A stretch of DNA of 64,000 bases from the human T2T-CHM13v2.0 reference genome, Homo sapiens. Positions 40,691-55,825 of the stretch are shown piece after piece; the stretch's first letter is position 1; every line of letters starts with the position of its first letter. The stretch is taken from NCBI RefSeq assembly GCF_009914755.1, contig NC_060928.1; one strand, given 5' to 3'. A program made the position numbers and the translations under genes. A model generated the notes under the pieces. That model saw only the letters and a list, made by a program, of their open reading frames with translations. It had not been told where the DNA came from and ran no database searches.

Positions 40691-43144
40691 AGAGTTTAAA
40701 TTGTAGGCAGCAGAACCTATCCTGACTAGCTTAAACAGGAATGTATTTAACATAAGTCATTACATAGCTCACAGGATCCTTGAAAGGGAAGGGTCCTTGG
40801 CTGTAGGCCGAGTTTAGGTAGCTTCCAGAACCATACCACAAAACTGATCTCATAAGGGAGCTGGAGACTCCCTTGAACCTCCTTAAATTTTGTACCTTGA
40901 GTACCTCACTGTCCTTATCCTAGCCTGAGATCTGAGTCATCTGTCTTCACCGTAGCTGCAAGAGAGCCTGGGAAATGTTGATTTTTCCTTTTGTTTTCTT
41001 TGTTTTGAAAAGTTAAGAATCTTATTGCAGAAAAATGTCAAATTATGAAGGAGGCATTTAAAATAGTTTTGTGTGACAATTGCCTCTCCTAGTGTTTGAG
41101 GTACAGGAGCAATTGGCTTTTCTGAAACCTCACAGCTCTGTATTTTTGAACTCTCTTTAATCTTTTTTTCTTGCCTGCAATGCTGGTCCCTTTCTCATAA
41201 TATCTTTCTAAAAGCAGGTAGTAGCAGCCAACACATACTAATATTCTGATGATTTCCAGCTATTTCTCCTAGAACTATAGGCTTGGTTGGCACTTGCTAT
41301 GTCTTTTAAGACACCACAGATCATAGATGCATCAAATATTTTACCCTGGAAAAAATATAGGTTTATAGCTTTCCAGTTTGCAGTGTCTGCTTGCTGCCTG
41401 CAGCATACTATATAAACAGTAGTTCATGTTAAACCAAGGTTAAACATTTCAAGTTTGTGTTACAGCAGCACTCAATTCAAGTTATTAATTTCTGTTTTAT
41501 GATTGATGAAAATATGATTCTAACCAGCAGAAATTCTTTTTTTTTTTTTTACTCTAGGGTGGATAGTTTCAATTGACAACAATACCTCTTCTAGATTTTT
41601 GGGAACTCAGGCAAAGAGAAGCCATTCTGTTTTCAACATGCAGCTTCAAAATTTGCTCTATTATTATACCAATCTAGAAGAAGTCAAAAAGGACATAAAG
41701 CCAGTTTCATGGGGGGTTCCATGGGCCAGGGCATTATGTAGTCAACACACATTTTAGCTAGTCTATAGAGGAACACATTCCTATAAATGGACTGATCCTT
41801 TCATCTGGATATCGTCTGGTGTTCTTAATAGGCAGAACAAATGATTTGACTGGTAAGTAGATGAATATTTTATGCCATGAGGAATCCTATGTTGATTGAA
41901 CATTTTTGGAGCTCTAGGACAAGTTTGTCATGGAGCACCAGGACAATTTATCCAAGTCAGAGACTAAAAATTTAGCAGTAGATCTGTTTCTACCTATGCC
42001 ATTGATTCTACCTATGCCATTGACATATATAATATGATAATTCACTTATTGTTTGCCTCTATATTTCTGGAAAAATAAGAACTGGAAGACAGTGACATTT
42101 CATAGGAACTGCTGAAAACAGTAATCATTAAATGCTTGTAAATGCCTAGCAAACAAAATATATAACAAACAATCAATATGCATGCTGTCCTAGTAATTAA
42201 TTTTTAAGTGAAGGATTTTTCTATGCAACTTTCCACAGAAAAATCTGATTCCCAAAAAATATATTCCGCTTTATATATTCTTGACTTATAATGTCTCCCA
42301 AACACTGTCTGAGAAATTCAAATCCCACATACAAAGATTTCTATCTGATCTGTAGGCCTCTCAACCTCTTTCTTGTAAAACACTGCCTGTTCTCAACCGA
42401 TATTCTTTTGTACCAGCAAAGGTATTGACTGCAGAATGGAGAAATGCGTTTATAGACACTGTGGCAAGATAAATGCTAGAGAGATAATTAATCTTAAATA
42501 ATATACACTAAAATAGTTACCTTTAATTTCATTGAGTACATAAGGTCTGGTGCGCTAGAAATCAGAATCACAGATTTTAGAACTTAACGTGATTAAAATT
42601 TAAGTACTCCAATTTGAAGATCTCCATAGTCACAAAGAAAAAAATGACACAAATTGCATTGGTCCTCCAATTATATTAATTTTGCAATTTGAAATTTTCT
42701 CCATTGTTTTTCATACCAATGTCCACAGTTCACTCATCCATTTGTATAGCTTGCTCGATTGAAAGTGTGTCACAACCTAAAGAAGCTGGTAGTTCACACC
42801 CTGACACACTTAGCCTTTCCTAATATAGATGTTGTTGAATATTAATTTCAAATTATGGCTCTTTTGTTCCCATGTAGCCAGAATCAAAACAAAATCAAGA
42901 CAATGACTTTTTTTTCCTCCTCAATCTCAAGAAAAATTTACTAATGAAACACAGTGTGGGGATATGTAGGAGAACAATATCTAGTGGTTGTTAATGGCTA
43001 TTAATTGAGGAATAAAAGTTAAGATTCCACTTTTTTACACATTGTTAGAATAATATATAATAGCTAATATATTCCCATAGTACCTGTCAAATGATTAAAA
43101 GTCACAGTCAAATTTAATGAATGACACAGGAAAAAAAAAGTCAC

Positions 43145-43625
43145 TGTGATGGGATAATGGCCACCTAGAAAATGTCCACATCCAAATTCCCAACACTTGT
43201 GAATATGTTACCATAAATGGCAAAAGGCCTTTGCACATGTGATTAAATTAAGGATTCTGGGATGGTGAAAATATTCTGGATTATTTTGGTGGGCCCAATA
43301 TATTCTCAAAAAGAGGAATGTAGGAGGGACACGGTCAGGGAAGATATTATAAAGAAGAAGAGGTCAGAAAGAGAGGTTTGCACATGCTATGATACTGACA
43401 TTGAAGATGAAGGAAGAAATCTGGAGGCAGGAAATGTGGGTAGCCTCAACAGCTGAAAAAGGCCGGGAAATGAGCTCTCCCTTAAAATCTCCAGAAGGAA
43501 TTCAGTCCTTCTGACACCTTGATATTAGGACTCCTGACCTCCAGAAATGTAAGATAATAAACTTGTGTTGTTTTAAGCCACTAAGTTGTGTTAATTTGTT
43601 ATAGCACCAAGAGGAAATTAATGCA
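43145..43625 (+). mobile_element. MaLR LTR (MLT1D-like)
   Basis: tgtg...gaatatgttacc...atggcaaaagg...gttttaagccactaagtt...aattaatgca; TSD gtcac/ttcac. Confidence 0.87.
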
Positions 43626-44054
43626 TTCACTCTATGACTCTATTACTTTTTTAATTTTGACATTTTGAAGCATATGAATTAAAATTAAATTGTGTAATCA
43701 TGTTAACATTTCAATTGGATTTGGCATCAATCGATTTGAGGCATAGAGGCACTGAAAATTATTTCTGAAAAAGCATCTCAAACTGGTAAGAGAAAACAAA
43801 TACACCTTTTTTTCTCACTCTTTCTCCCTCTAAGTAATGTAGAATAATAAATAATGAAGAATAAGAAAATAATAATGGACATTACTAAATTTGCTTCTAA
43901 AACATTGGCAGTAATAAGACATTATAGTAAATATATCAAATGAAAATAGCAAATAAATATTTGGTGTTCATAAAATCATGAGCTGCACCAATATTCCTGG
44001 AAAATTAAATGTTAGACTTACATATCAAAAAAAGTTTAGTTGGATGCCATAGTA

Positions 44055-45635
44055 CCCCTAGCAATCCACAGATTCAATGCAATCCCGATCAAAATCCCAA
44101 TAATTTTTCTTTCAGAAATAGAAAAATCATCCTAAAATTTAGATGGAATCTCAAAGGACACTAAATAGCAAAAACAATCTTGAAAAGAAAGAACAAAATT
44201 AGTGGCCTCACACTTCCTGATTTCAGAATATACTACAAATCACCAGGAATCCATACAATGTGGTACTGGCATAAATGCAGATATATAGACCACTGGAACA
44301 GAATAGAAAGTTCATAAGTAAACCCTTGAGAATACGGCCAAATGATTTTTGACAAGGATGCCAATACTACATACAGGAAAGTCTCTAGAGCAGATGATGA
44401 TGGAAAAACTGAATATCCATTTACAAAAGAGTGAAGTTGGACACTTACCTTATACTATATACAAAAATTAACAAACTGGTTAACAGATATAAACCAAAGA
44501 TCTAAAACTATAAAACTTCTAGAATTAAAAAAAGGAGAAAAGATTTCAGCCATTGTTTTTGGCAATGATTTCTTGAATATAACATTGAAGCAAAGACAAC
44601 AAAAGAAAAAAATGGACAAATGGGACTCCATCAAACTTAAATCCTTCTAAGCATCAAAATGGACAATCAACAAAGTGAAAAAGCAATGTAAAAAAGGGAC
44701 AAAATATTTGGAAAACACATGACATATAAGGGGTTACTATCCAAAATATATGAAGAACCTCTAAACTCAACAATAAAAAAAAAACCTGATTAAAAAATTG
44801 GCAAAGGATCTGAATAGACATCTCTTCAGAGAAGACATACAAATAGCCAACAAACACTTGTAAAGATGCTTGACACCACTAATCCTTCGGAAAATGCAAA
44901 TCAAAACCACGGTGACATATTATCTCATACCCATTAGGATGGCTACTATTAAAAAAAAAAGAAATAACAAGTCTTAGTAAGAATGTGAAGAAACTGACAC
45001 CCTTGTACACTTTTATTAGGAATGTAAAATGGTGCAGTCACTATGGAAAATGGTATGAGAGTCCCTTAAAAATATTAAAACAGAAAATTACTATATGATC
45101 CAGCAATCCCACTTGCAGGTATACATCCAAAATAATTCAAAGCACGATCTTAAAGAAATATCTGCATGCCTTGTTCACTGAAGCATTATTCACAATTGCC
45201 AAGAGATGTAAGCTACCCAAATGTCTACAGACAGATGAATGGATAACAAAAACATGGCATATACATGCAATGGGATATTATACAACCTTAAGAAAGAAGA
45301 AAAACCTGTCACATGCTACAACATGGAAGACCCTCAAGGACAATTATGCTGAACGAAATAAGCCAATCACAAAAGGACAAATATTGTATACTTTGACGTA
45401 TCTAAAGTAGTGAAAATTATGCAAACAGAAAAGTAGAAAGTGATTGTCAATGGATAGGGGAAGGGGGAGAGGAAATTAGAGTTTAATGGGAATAGATTTT
45501 CAGATTTGCGTGATGGAAAAAGTTAGAGATCTGCTGCACAACAAAGTAGATATACTTAATATTACTGAGCTGTACATTAAAAAATGATTAGGAGACAAAT
45601 TTAATATCATATATGTTTTACCACAATGAAAAACG
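44055..45635 (+). mobile_element. L1MA/MB ORF2 C-terminal region plus 3'UTR
   Basis: cagattcaatgcaatccc...tgtggtactggcataaa...aaatgcaaatcaaaaccac...atgatccagcaatcccact; frameshifted. Confidence 0.9.
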
Positions 45636-45644
45636 ACAACCCTG

Positions 45645-46600
45645 TTTCAGTTTGAACTAATTTTAGGTTTATAGAAGTTACAAAGATAATACCGAGAATT
45701 CTCACTCTAATAGTAGCATTTTACCGATGAATAATTTAAGTGAATAAATTAACATTGGTATCATATTAACTAAACTATAGGCTTTATTCATATTTCAGTA
45801 GTTTTCCCACTAATGTCTTTTTCTGTTCAGGATCCAATCAGGAAGACAACATTGTATGTCTTCATCAAGTTTCCTTCGTCTCCTCTGATGTAGACAGATT
45901 TTTAGTATTTCCCTGGTTTTCATGACCTGACACTTTTGAAGAGTTCTAGCCAGGGATTTTATAGACTGTCTATCAATTTGAGTTTGTCTTATTTTTTTCC
46001 CATTATTAGATTGCGGTTATGAATTTTGTAAAGAACCCCAGAGAGGTGAAGGGCCTTTCTCACTGCATCATATCAGGAGGTACATGCTATCAATAAGCGT
46101 ATTACTGGTGCTGTTAACATTGGTCACCTGGTAAGGTGGCATCTGACAGCTTTTTGCTTAATTTTCCCTTTCCTTACTCTGTTAGAAGTGAGCCACTAAA
46201 TTGAGCCTACAATCCAAGAGTAGGGACGTAAGTTTGCCTTTAGCAGACAGCAATCTCAACAAATTGGTGGAAACATGCTAGAAGCATCACATGATTAATA
46301 AATATTTGAGAGAAAATACTTTGAGGCAATGCAAATATTCTGTTTCTCCATAAAGTTTTTTCCAATAATTTTAGCATTCATCGCAGATCTTGCCTGCCAC
46401 AATTATTACTGAGATGTTCTAATGGTGATTTTTGTTTCTCCCATTCTTTCTACATTTTTTGTTTGAAAATTTTCTGCAAGAAAGATTTTTCTCTTTTTCA
46501 TTTATGTATGTATTTAAACATTTATTAGTCTCTATAGATTTGTGGATATTTATTTTATTATTTGTGTTATAAATCGTTTTATTTTGTTGCTCATTAATCT
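45645..46600 (-). mobile_element. L1MC3/4-like 3'UTR
   Basis: ttttcccactaatgtcttttt ctgttcaggatccaatc...gacacttttgaagag...cccagagaggtgaag. Confidence 0.7.
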
Positions 46601-46694
46601 CATATTTTAAAACATGCAAATACTGCAGGATAGAAATACAAGTGACTTAAAGATCATTTTTGTAAAATATTTAAAATAACTGGAAAGTTTTAGA

Positions 46695-46915
46695 AACACA
46701 TGGACATGTAGAAGGGAACAGCACACACTGGGGCCTTTAGGAGGGTGGAGGGTTGGCGAAGGAGAGGATCAGGAAAAATAACAAATAGGGACTAGGCTGC
46801 TTAATACCTTGGGATGAAATAATCTGTATAACAAACCCAATGACACACATTTACCTATGTAACAACCTGCACTTGCACCCCTGAACTTAAAAGTCTTTTT
46901 AAAAAAAAGAAAATA
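46695..46915 (+). mobile_element. L1PA (about PA13-16) 3' end
   Basis: aacacatggaca...ggagaggatcaggaaaaataac...tttacctatgtaacaacctgcac...cccctgaacttaaaag, then an A tail. Confidence 0.88.
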
Positions 46916-49900
46916 AAAATTTTAATAAAGACTTTTCACATTTAATGTATATTAGAGTCATCTGAGGAGCTAGAAAAAGGAGCTGATTCTTGGCTCTCTC
47001 TATTATGATTTAGAAAGTCTGTGGTGGGGCATAAATTTAGCATTTTAACAAATATATCAGATGATTTTGATACATGCCTATGAAAAAGTTTGGGATGTCT
47101 TGCTTGAAGTAAACATCACTCACCATTGTTTAATATGTGGGAAAATATAGTACTTGGACTTCTTTTTTTATTATTTGTGAATAAATGGATCTGTAGAAAC
47201 CTGATTAGATAACCTTAAGGAAAAATGTTTGAAAATGCTCATCTATTAAGTAGAAGTTTCAGAATGCCATAGTTCAATATTATATATGCTGTTTATCACT
47301 AATGATGCAAGTAAAAGTATAAATATTGTGTCTGTCAAATTTGACAATGATATAACATTAAAGTGTTCTCAGAGCACCAGTTCAGTAAGTATAACTACAC
47401 AAAAAAGTAGGTTCATGATAAATAGCTAAGATCAGGATAATTTTCATCTTTTCAAATATTTCATTGATTATCATCCATTTTATAGATTTCTTTGTAGCAC
47501 TTGGTAGGTATAACCAAGGGACGGTTGCAAGTGGCAGTCATATGAGAAAGAAATGTATACTAATTATTTCTTCACTGTGTTTAATGAGAACATTTAAAAA
47601 GAACTATGAAGCTTAATAGTACTTTATTTTCCTCCTGCTGTAATCTTTCCCAAAAAGTCACGTAAGCCTTTTTTGTTGTTATTTACGAAATCAAATGTCC
47701 TTAGCCCAGAAAAGACAAATGGTAGTGGCTCTTTTAAATTACTCAATTACGTGGACAGAAACTAACCACTTGATAGAAGGAAAATGCTGAAATGACAAAA
47801 ATCTGACTTCCATCTGATGTAGTTATTAATAGGGCAGATTTTCATAGGGTCTCAGAAGGCAGAATATTTCATTTGTCTATGCAAATTTCACTTAGGTGCT
47901 AATAATGTCTCTTAAGCTATGCAAAGACCTGAAGCCACCTGCATTTCACAGTAAAATCAGATTCATCTTATCCTAGAAACTAATAGTTGAAAGTTCTTAG
48001 AAAATAGATCAAGAGAAAAAAAGCATCTTGACTTTGTATCTGCAGTATAAGCATAATTTTTTCACACTTTAATAGCCCAGATGAACTTAAACTAAACCAA
48101 AAATGCTGGGGCCTGGAGGTGAACACAGTGGAGTAGTGTCTTCTTAGGCATAAGTGGAATGAGAAGTACGGGAACAAAAACATGGAGCTACATGCCCAGC
48201 AGTGGCATGAGGGATAAAAACAGAATTCCTATAGCTGAGAGGTGACCTGGTTGAAGGGGTTGTTAGCATGCAAGGAATGTAATTAAGGGGCAAGTATTTA
48301 TGTCAGGAAGAGTTTCTCATTAAATGCCTCCCTGCAATAACGCACTTACCATGTTTTCAGTTTCCTTTGACATGTTTTTGAAAAAAGAGTAACAAAATGA
48401 CTCATTGACTCCTCTTTGGTTTAACATGGGAGGCTATTCCAACAATGAGTTTAGAATGAGAATGTAAAAACCATAGCACCTTAAGAGTTCCAAGGGCACA
48501 GTAAAGAAAATTTTACGGTAGGAGAACATTTACTCAGTACCAGAACTAAGGCATATAAGAATGTGTTTTCTTCTTCTAGCTGAAAGTGTACCACACCTGA
48601 TTTAGAAACTTACGATAGGTATGTGGACATATAGCCATCACTGTACTTTTACAGGCTACTATTACATTTATTCTATTATATATGGGTTTTCATCATAATA
48701 TGCCCATATAAAAGCCACACACATATAGTATTACTAAAATCTAAAAGAACGTGACTGTGAAATTACTTTCACAGCTATAGTTTCATTTAAAGGTAATTAT
48801 GTATGAGACTCATAACATTTTAGTAGTTTTGTGCTCTGCATATTATACATATTCATATTAACCTTGCAAAATAATTTGTCAATCAAAAACAAAATTTTTT
48901 TATGCAAGAATGTGGCATCATATCCATTCAAAACCACTTCTGATTGACAAGCGTGGATACTATAGGACTGCAGAATGAGAGTTGAGGCACTGGCTCCTGA
49001 AGAAACTACCGGCCCTTTGTTTACAAAAACAAATGTATTCACCCAGACATTGCTCCCTCCCTCCCTTGAGCTTACATAACTTTTCCAACTTAATATTGCA
49101 TCTTCAGTTTGTTTCCTTCACCTGATTTCTTTCTAATTACCTATGAACAAATTAGGTTCCATGTCCAACAAAGACTCTTCCTTGTACCCTGCTGCACTTC
49201 TCTCTCTCATCATTCCTAAACTTCGGGTAAGCATTCCATGTATTTTGCTTACATAGCCCACTAGTCCATAGTAGCTTCCTAGCCACCTTTTGCCCCTATT
49301 ACATCCATAGAATTGTCTTTCCTTCAAGTTCTAAGATCCCTCAAACTGCCCAGACAATAACTGTTTCTGAGACCGTTTCTTGCTGGAATTAAGAGGGGAA
49401 AAAGTAATGGATCTGGTGCTGAAGCCATAATGTCACCATTTTTGTAATATCAGAATACTTCCTTTCACTTGCAGCTTCATAAATATATCAACAAACATAA
49501 CTTTTACTTTTTTCATTCCTGCAGTTGCCACCAAGGCCTTTAGATCAACAACATGTCATTATGCCATAACGATTTAAATGTCTCATAAAGTCTATCACAA
49601 AGGAATTCTCTCTTTACGTTTGTCTTCACGTTCTTTTAGTTGAGAGAAAATCCCAATAGCAAAATATAAAGGAAGTAAGAGCTACTTTTTAATAAACAGA
49701 ATATTTAGAATTGAAGAATTAAATGGTCATCTTAATTTTGTTTCAATGGATTGTAAATATAATTCACGTTTGTTCTTTTGCTTTTTCTGAGTAACATATC
49801 CCACAAATAATCTATACAGATAGCTCCTTATGTTCAACAAATACTTGCTGATCTTCATAGTCCAATATTTGCATTTCATATTTAATATTCTATATCTGTA

Positions 49901-50259
49901 AATTTGAATTATATATATATAATTCTTTTATAGTGACATAACTAAATCTCCATCATATGTACAGCTAAATCCTAACTACTTAATTGGTATCATCTTCTGA
50001 AGCACATGGTATGCAATTAAAGCATTTGAATAACTATTTTAACTGAAGAGTAAAACATAATCAGTCAATCCTGATTTAGATGTAATTTTCTATATATGGA
50101 AATTAGAATTAAACGTTAAGAACCACAACACTTAAAAACTACATATTGCAATGTACTTACTTGTATTTCACAAGGTGGTTGTCAGTTTTAAGGGAAAGTT
50201 AGACTAGGAACCCAGGGAGGAAATAAACCGTAGGACGAAATGTGAAGCAGGGAAAAAAC

Positions 50260-50470
50260 ACTGGCCTGGGAACCAGGGGCTCCAAGCTCTGAATAGACCC
50301 AGGCTCTATTGCTTTGTAACTTTTTGAACTAAAGCACAGAAAAGTGCTGAAATTTCTCTGTCTCCTCTCTAAAGCGAATCTTCCTTTCCAGAGTCCTTGG
50401 AGGACTGAATGCAGTGGTGCATATAAACAACTTAACTCCGTGTCTGACATATAGCAGACGTTAAATAACT
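50260..50470 (+). mobile_element. MIR fragment
   Basis: cccaggctctattgctttgtaac...ggaggactgaatg...gtgtctgacatatag. Confidence 0.5.
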
Positions 50471-50934
50471 TTCAGTTTCTCTCCCTATCTATACACACCC
50501 AAGTTATTTTTTAAGTTAAAATGGAATAAAAAATGTTATTCCTAAATGAAAAGTAGAAATAAACAGGCAAAAATGTCATCTCACTCTAGAGATGCAAGTT
50601 GCCACGGCAATGCAAATATCATCCTACTATTCTCTCTAGTTAGGTAGTAACAGGAATATGTTTTACCTACTGAAAACAGCATTTAGAAAAGTCTCGGCGT
50701 TACTAGCATTGGTGGATTTTTATAAAATCACTTCTTGGGAACTGGATCTAGCCCAAGGCCTGTAATTCTCTTCAGTTGGGAAACAAAGATAGGGCCTCAA
50801 AGGAAGGATTTCTCCAATTGTGAGATTTTCCTTACCCTCCCTTGAAACACTAATCAGGATATTTCCTGGCTTCAAAGATAAATTACATTTTCGTGATAGA
50901 TTGAAAGAAGCGGGTACAAAGTGTTTGGTCATAC

Positions 50935-51397
50935 TAAGGGAGGAGACCACCCCTCATATTGTCTTATGCCCAATTTCTGCCTCCAAAGAAAGAAGAAGTA
51001 AAAACTAAGAGGCAGAAGTGAAATCCACAAGCAGACAGCCCGGCGCCATACCCTGGGCCTGGTAGTTAAAGATTGACCCCTGACCTAATCAGTTATGTTA
51101 TCTATAGATTACAGACATTGTACAGAAAAGCACTGTGAAAATCCGTGTCCTGTTCTGTTCTGTTCTAATTACCGGTGCATGCAGCCCCCAGTCACGTACC
51201 CCCTGCTTGCTCAGTCGATCACGACCCTCTCATGCAGACCCCCTTAGAGCTGTGAGCCCTTAAAAGGGACAGGAATTGCTCACTCAGGGAGCTTGGTTGT
51301 TGGAGACGTGAGTCTTGCCGAAGCTCCCGGCTGAATAAAGCCCTTCCTTCTTTAACTCGGTGTCTGAGGGGTTTTGTCTGAGGCTTGTCCTGCTACA
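50935..51397 (+). mobile_element. Solo LTR2 (HERV-E/Harlequin), intact, 463 bp
   Basis: Starts TAAGGGAGGAGACCACCCCTCATATTGTCTTATGCCC and ends cttgtcctgctaCA; perfect 4-bp TSD ATAC; TTAAAA at 51260-51265; AATAAA at 51334-51339. Confidence 0.93.
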
Positions 51398-52199
51398 ATA
51401 CTATCAAGTTCAGTATTATATTTTCTTTCTAAGTACTTTTTGAAATAAATGTGTCACTTATGCAAATTGTTGAGAATAGGCTCTGTGAGGGAACTGCTTA
51501 AGGACAACTATTTGTACTACATTTTAATCACTAATAAATCAACTGAGTAGCAGATGTGGTACAGAATACTGTGATTCCAGCTAACATCAGTGTATGAGAT
51601 GTGTATTTCCTTCTCCTGTTTTGTGGATTACTGAAATTATGTATGTTCCCTACATATTCTGCATTCTCCTATCAATATAATCCCTCTTGGCTGAATTCTC
51701 AAGTTTTATTTTCTAAAATATTGCTGTTTTCTGAAAGAATTGCTTGAGCAAGTATATAATTTTCAACTGTGCCTTTTCATAATAAAAATCTGGTGGTTTT
51801 GCAAAGTTCCTAACACATTAAATAATACATTTGTATTGGCAAATAAAAAGTATAACACAAACTTATTATGTAATAGGACAGTAATTCTCTAAAAACTTAC
51901 AAATACAGAAGCACACATACATGAGCATAGATAAGACCAGAATGTATGTAACAACATTCACAGTGTCTGAAATTGATGGTGGGGGGTCACAGGGCTTTTT
52001 ATTCATTTCTGCCTATTTCCTATATTTTCCAAATTTTCTGCATTAACCATGTATTACATCTTATGTTAAAATGTATTTTATTGTTAAACAGTGAATAACT
52101 ATCAGCACAAATTCTATACGTATAATTATAAAACATCCTGGGTTTTACTTGTTGATTCTACAGAGATCTGAGCCTCAAACTTATACTATGTGAGCTTTA

Positions 52200-52926
<727 letters not shown>

Positions 52927-53122
52927 TAATGATATTTTCTAACTAATATTTACTTGTATGGAAATGCAATTTTGTTACAGTGTTCATACTTTTGTAACTT
53001 TAATTTTTCTCTTGAACTGTCTGTCATTTCCCGGCAGAAATGTTTTAAATATTTTCCATTATGATGGGGATTTATAAATTACTCCATGTAATAATGTCTA
53101 ATTTTGAAAGTTATTTAATGTA

Positions 53123-53561
53123 CTGTTGACCTTTGAACAATGTGACAGTTGGGGCACTGGCCCCCACATGTAGTCAAAAATTTATGTATAACTTTTGACT
53201 CCCCAAAAACTTAACAACTATAGCCTACTGTTGACTGGAAGCCTTACAAATAACATAAACAGTTGATTAAGACATATTTTGCACATTATATGTATTATAT
53301 ATGGTATCTTACAATAAAGTAAGCTAGAGAAAATAAAATGTTATTAAGAAAATCCCAAGCAAGAGGGAATACATTTACTATTCATTAAATGGAAGTGAAT
53401 CATCATAAACGTCTTTATCCTCGTCTTCACATTGAGTAGGCGGAAGAGGAGGAGCAAAAAGAGGGGTTGGTTTTGCTGTCTCAGGAGTAGCAGAGGCAGA
53501 AGAAAATCTGCATTTCAGTGAACCCAGGAAGTTCCAAGTTGTGTTGTTCAAGGGTCAATTG
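53123..53561 (-). mobile_element. Tigger2a, full length
   Basis: TIRs ctgttgacctttgaacaa / ttgttcaagggtcaattg; body is the reverse complement of the 27221-27660 copy. Confidence 0.9.
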
Positions 53562-53584
53562 CATATAAATATGTAAATGTGTGA

Positions 53585-53795
<211 letters not shown>

Positions 53796-53819
53796 AGAAA
53801 ATTGCAACTTTTATAAGTA

Positions 53820-55420
53820 TGTAGTCAAGCTTTCTCTCTAGCAATGAATTTTGGCTTAATGTCTAATTCATGTGTTGTTATTATAGACACATCAGTTTGA
53901 TTTGTTCTCTTTTTTCCAGGAGCAGAGGAAGAATAGAGGGGTAGTATTTGCTTTACCTACTTAAAAAAGTACAACACTATATTTATTTTTTCATACAGTC
54001 TGATATTTTTTCTCTTTTAATTGGTGAGTATAATGCATTCACATCAATTATGATTATTTTGGACTTCTCCCCATCATTGTTCTGGGATTATTTTGAATTG
54101 TTCTTTCCCCTATTCTGATGTTTTTTTTCCCACTATTTTGGTAATTATATTCATTAGGCTTATTTTTAGTAATTATATAGCTTTTAACCTGCATACTTAA
54201 TAACATATGCAGAATATCAAAATACTCACCCTCATCCTGAATTATAAATGTCCTAAGAGTGCTTTAGATCTGACTGCATCTTACGATTCTTATGCCAGCT
54301 TTGTCTAATATGTTGGATCTACTTATTCTTAACCCCACAAAATAAGTATTGATATCATTATTTTAATTTTTACTAATTTCTTATATCTCAAACCTTCTAC
54401 TTAGAATTAATTTTCAATAACCAGAGACATATCTTATAATTTGTTTTCAGAATGGTCTGTTGGTAATAAACTCTGGTAAATTTCCAATCTTTTTTTTTCT
54501 TTTTCTCTTTAATTCATTTTATTTTTGAGCTGCATTTCACATTTGCTAAGTTGCATGGGATTTTTCTCTTTATATATTGAGTATATATTTATATTGCTCT
54601 CAGGTTTCTGTTCCTGCTATCAAGAAGTTGGTAGTCCTTTGTAAGTGATCTGTCTTTTCTCTGTAGATACTTTTAAAGATTTTTTTGTCTTTGGTATTAT
54701 GTACTCTCAGTGTGATACGGTGTGTATGTGTGTGTGTGTGTGTTTATGTGTGTGTGTGTGTGTGCTTATTCCATGTGAGATTTTTTGGGCTTCTTGATAT
54801 GGAGTTGGTATTTTCAACAATTCTTGAAGTTGCCAAATATTATCTCTTCAAGTATTGCCAGATTTCCTTTCTCTCTGTTATTTCCTTCTAGAACTCAGGA
54901 TAGATTGGTATATATTAGACATGTTCATGTTATTCTTAGTTTTAATTAACATCTCTTTTATCATTTACATTAATTTTGCTCTGTACTACATTTCAGATAT
55001 TTGGTTTGATACTCCAGTTCACTAACTTTTTGAGCTGCATTTAATCTGTTCTTTAACTTGTCTATTTTAAAATTTCATTTATTATTTTTATTTATTTCTA
55101 GAGTTTCATTTGATTCTTTCCAAGTGTGTTGGTCTTTTAGAAAATCCATTCTTATTTATCCACAATTTATACTTTCTATAATATATTATTGTTATTCAGT
55201 ATTCTATGCCCAATAATTTCAACATTAAGTATTTTTGAGTCTAAGCCTGCTGTTTCTTTTCTCTTGTTTTCTGCTCACACTCATGTTAGAGCTTGTATAT
55301 TTGTGTTTGTGTGTCTGTAATTTTCAACTCTAAGCTCACGTTTCTTAGAACTTTAATTCAGAAGTTTTTAAAGGCCATTGTTAAAGGTACAGTCTTCAAG
55401 ACAGGATATGTGTTTGCACT
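53820..55420 (-). mobile_element. Ancient L1ME (ORF1/ORF2 junction region) fragments, with (GT)n at 54720-54763
   Basis: ggtctgttggtaataaactct...gatctgtcttttctctg...ttctagaactc...ctccagttcactaa. Confidence 0.6.
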
Positions 55421-55427
55421 TAGGGGG

Positions 55428-55825
55428 TGCTATGGACTGAACTGTGTCTTCCTCACATTCATATATCAAAACCCTAATCACCAATGTGGCTTATATTTGG
55501 ATATAAGGCTTTAGGGAAATAATTAAGGTTAAATGAGATCATGAGTATGGAACCTGATCCAATAGGAACACTTGCCTTATACAAAGAGAAAGAAAGAGAA
55601 ATGTCTCTCTCTCTCTTCCCTCCAGTGTACAGAGGAAGAACCATTGTGAGGATAAAGCAAGAAGACAACCGTCTGCAAGCCAGGAAGGGAAACTTTATCA
55701 GAAAGCAACTGTGCTGGAACCCTGATTTTAGATTTTGTAGTCTTTAGAAAAGAAATAAATATTATTTTTGTTTAAGCTACCCAACTTATGGTATTTTGTT
55801 ATGGAAGTCTTAGCAGAATAAGACA
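55428..55825 (+). mobile_element. MaLR LTR (MLT1A-like)
   Basis: tgctatggactgaac...taattaaggttaaatgagatcatgag...ggtattttgttatgg...taagaca. Confidence 0.87.

Noticed and set aside
45171-45410. L1 ORF2 C-terminal-like peptide (ALFTIAK...W)
   Set aside because: Dead, frameshifted L1 remnant, not a gene.
49500-49710. Possible terminal exon (acceptor ttcctgcAG at 49524, AATAAA at 49691)
   Set aside because: Such motifs are expected by chance in AT-rich DNA; no further support.
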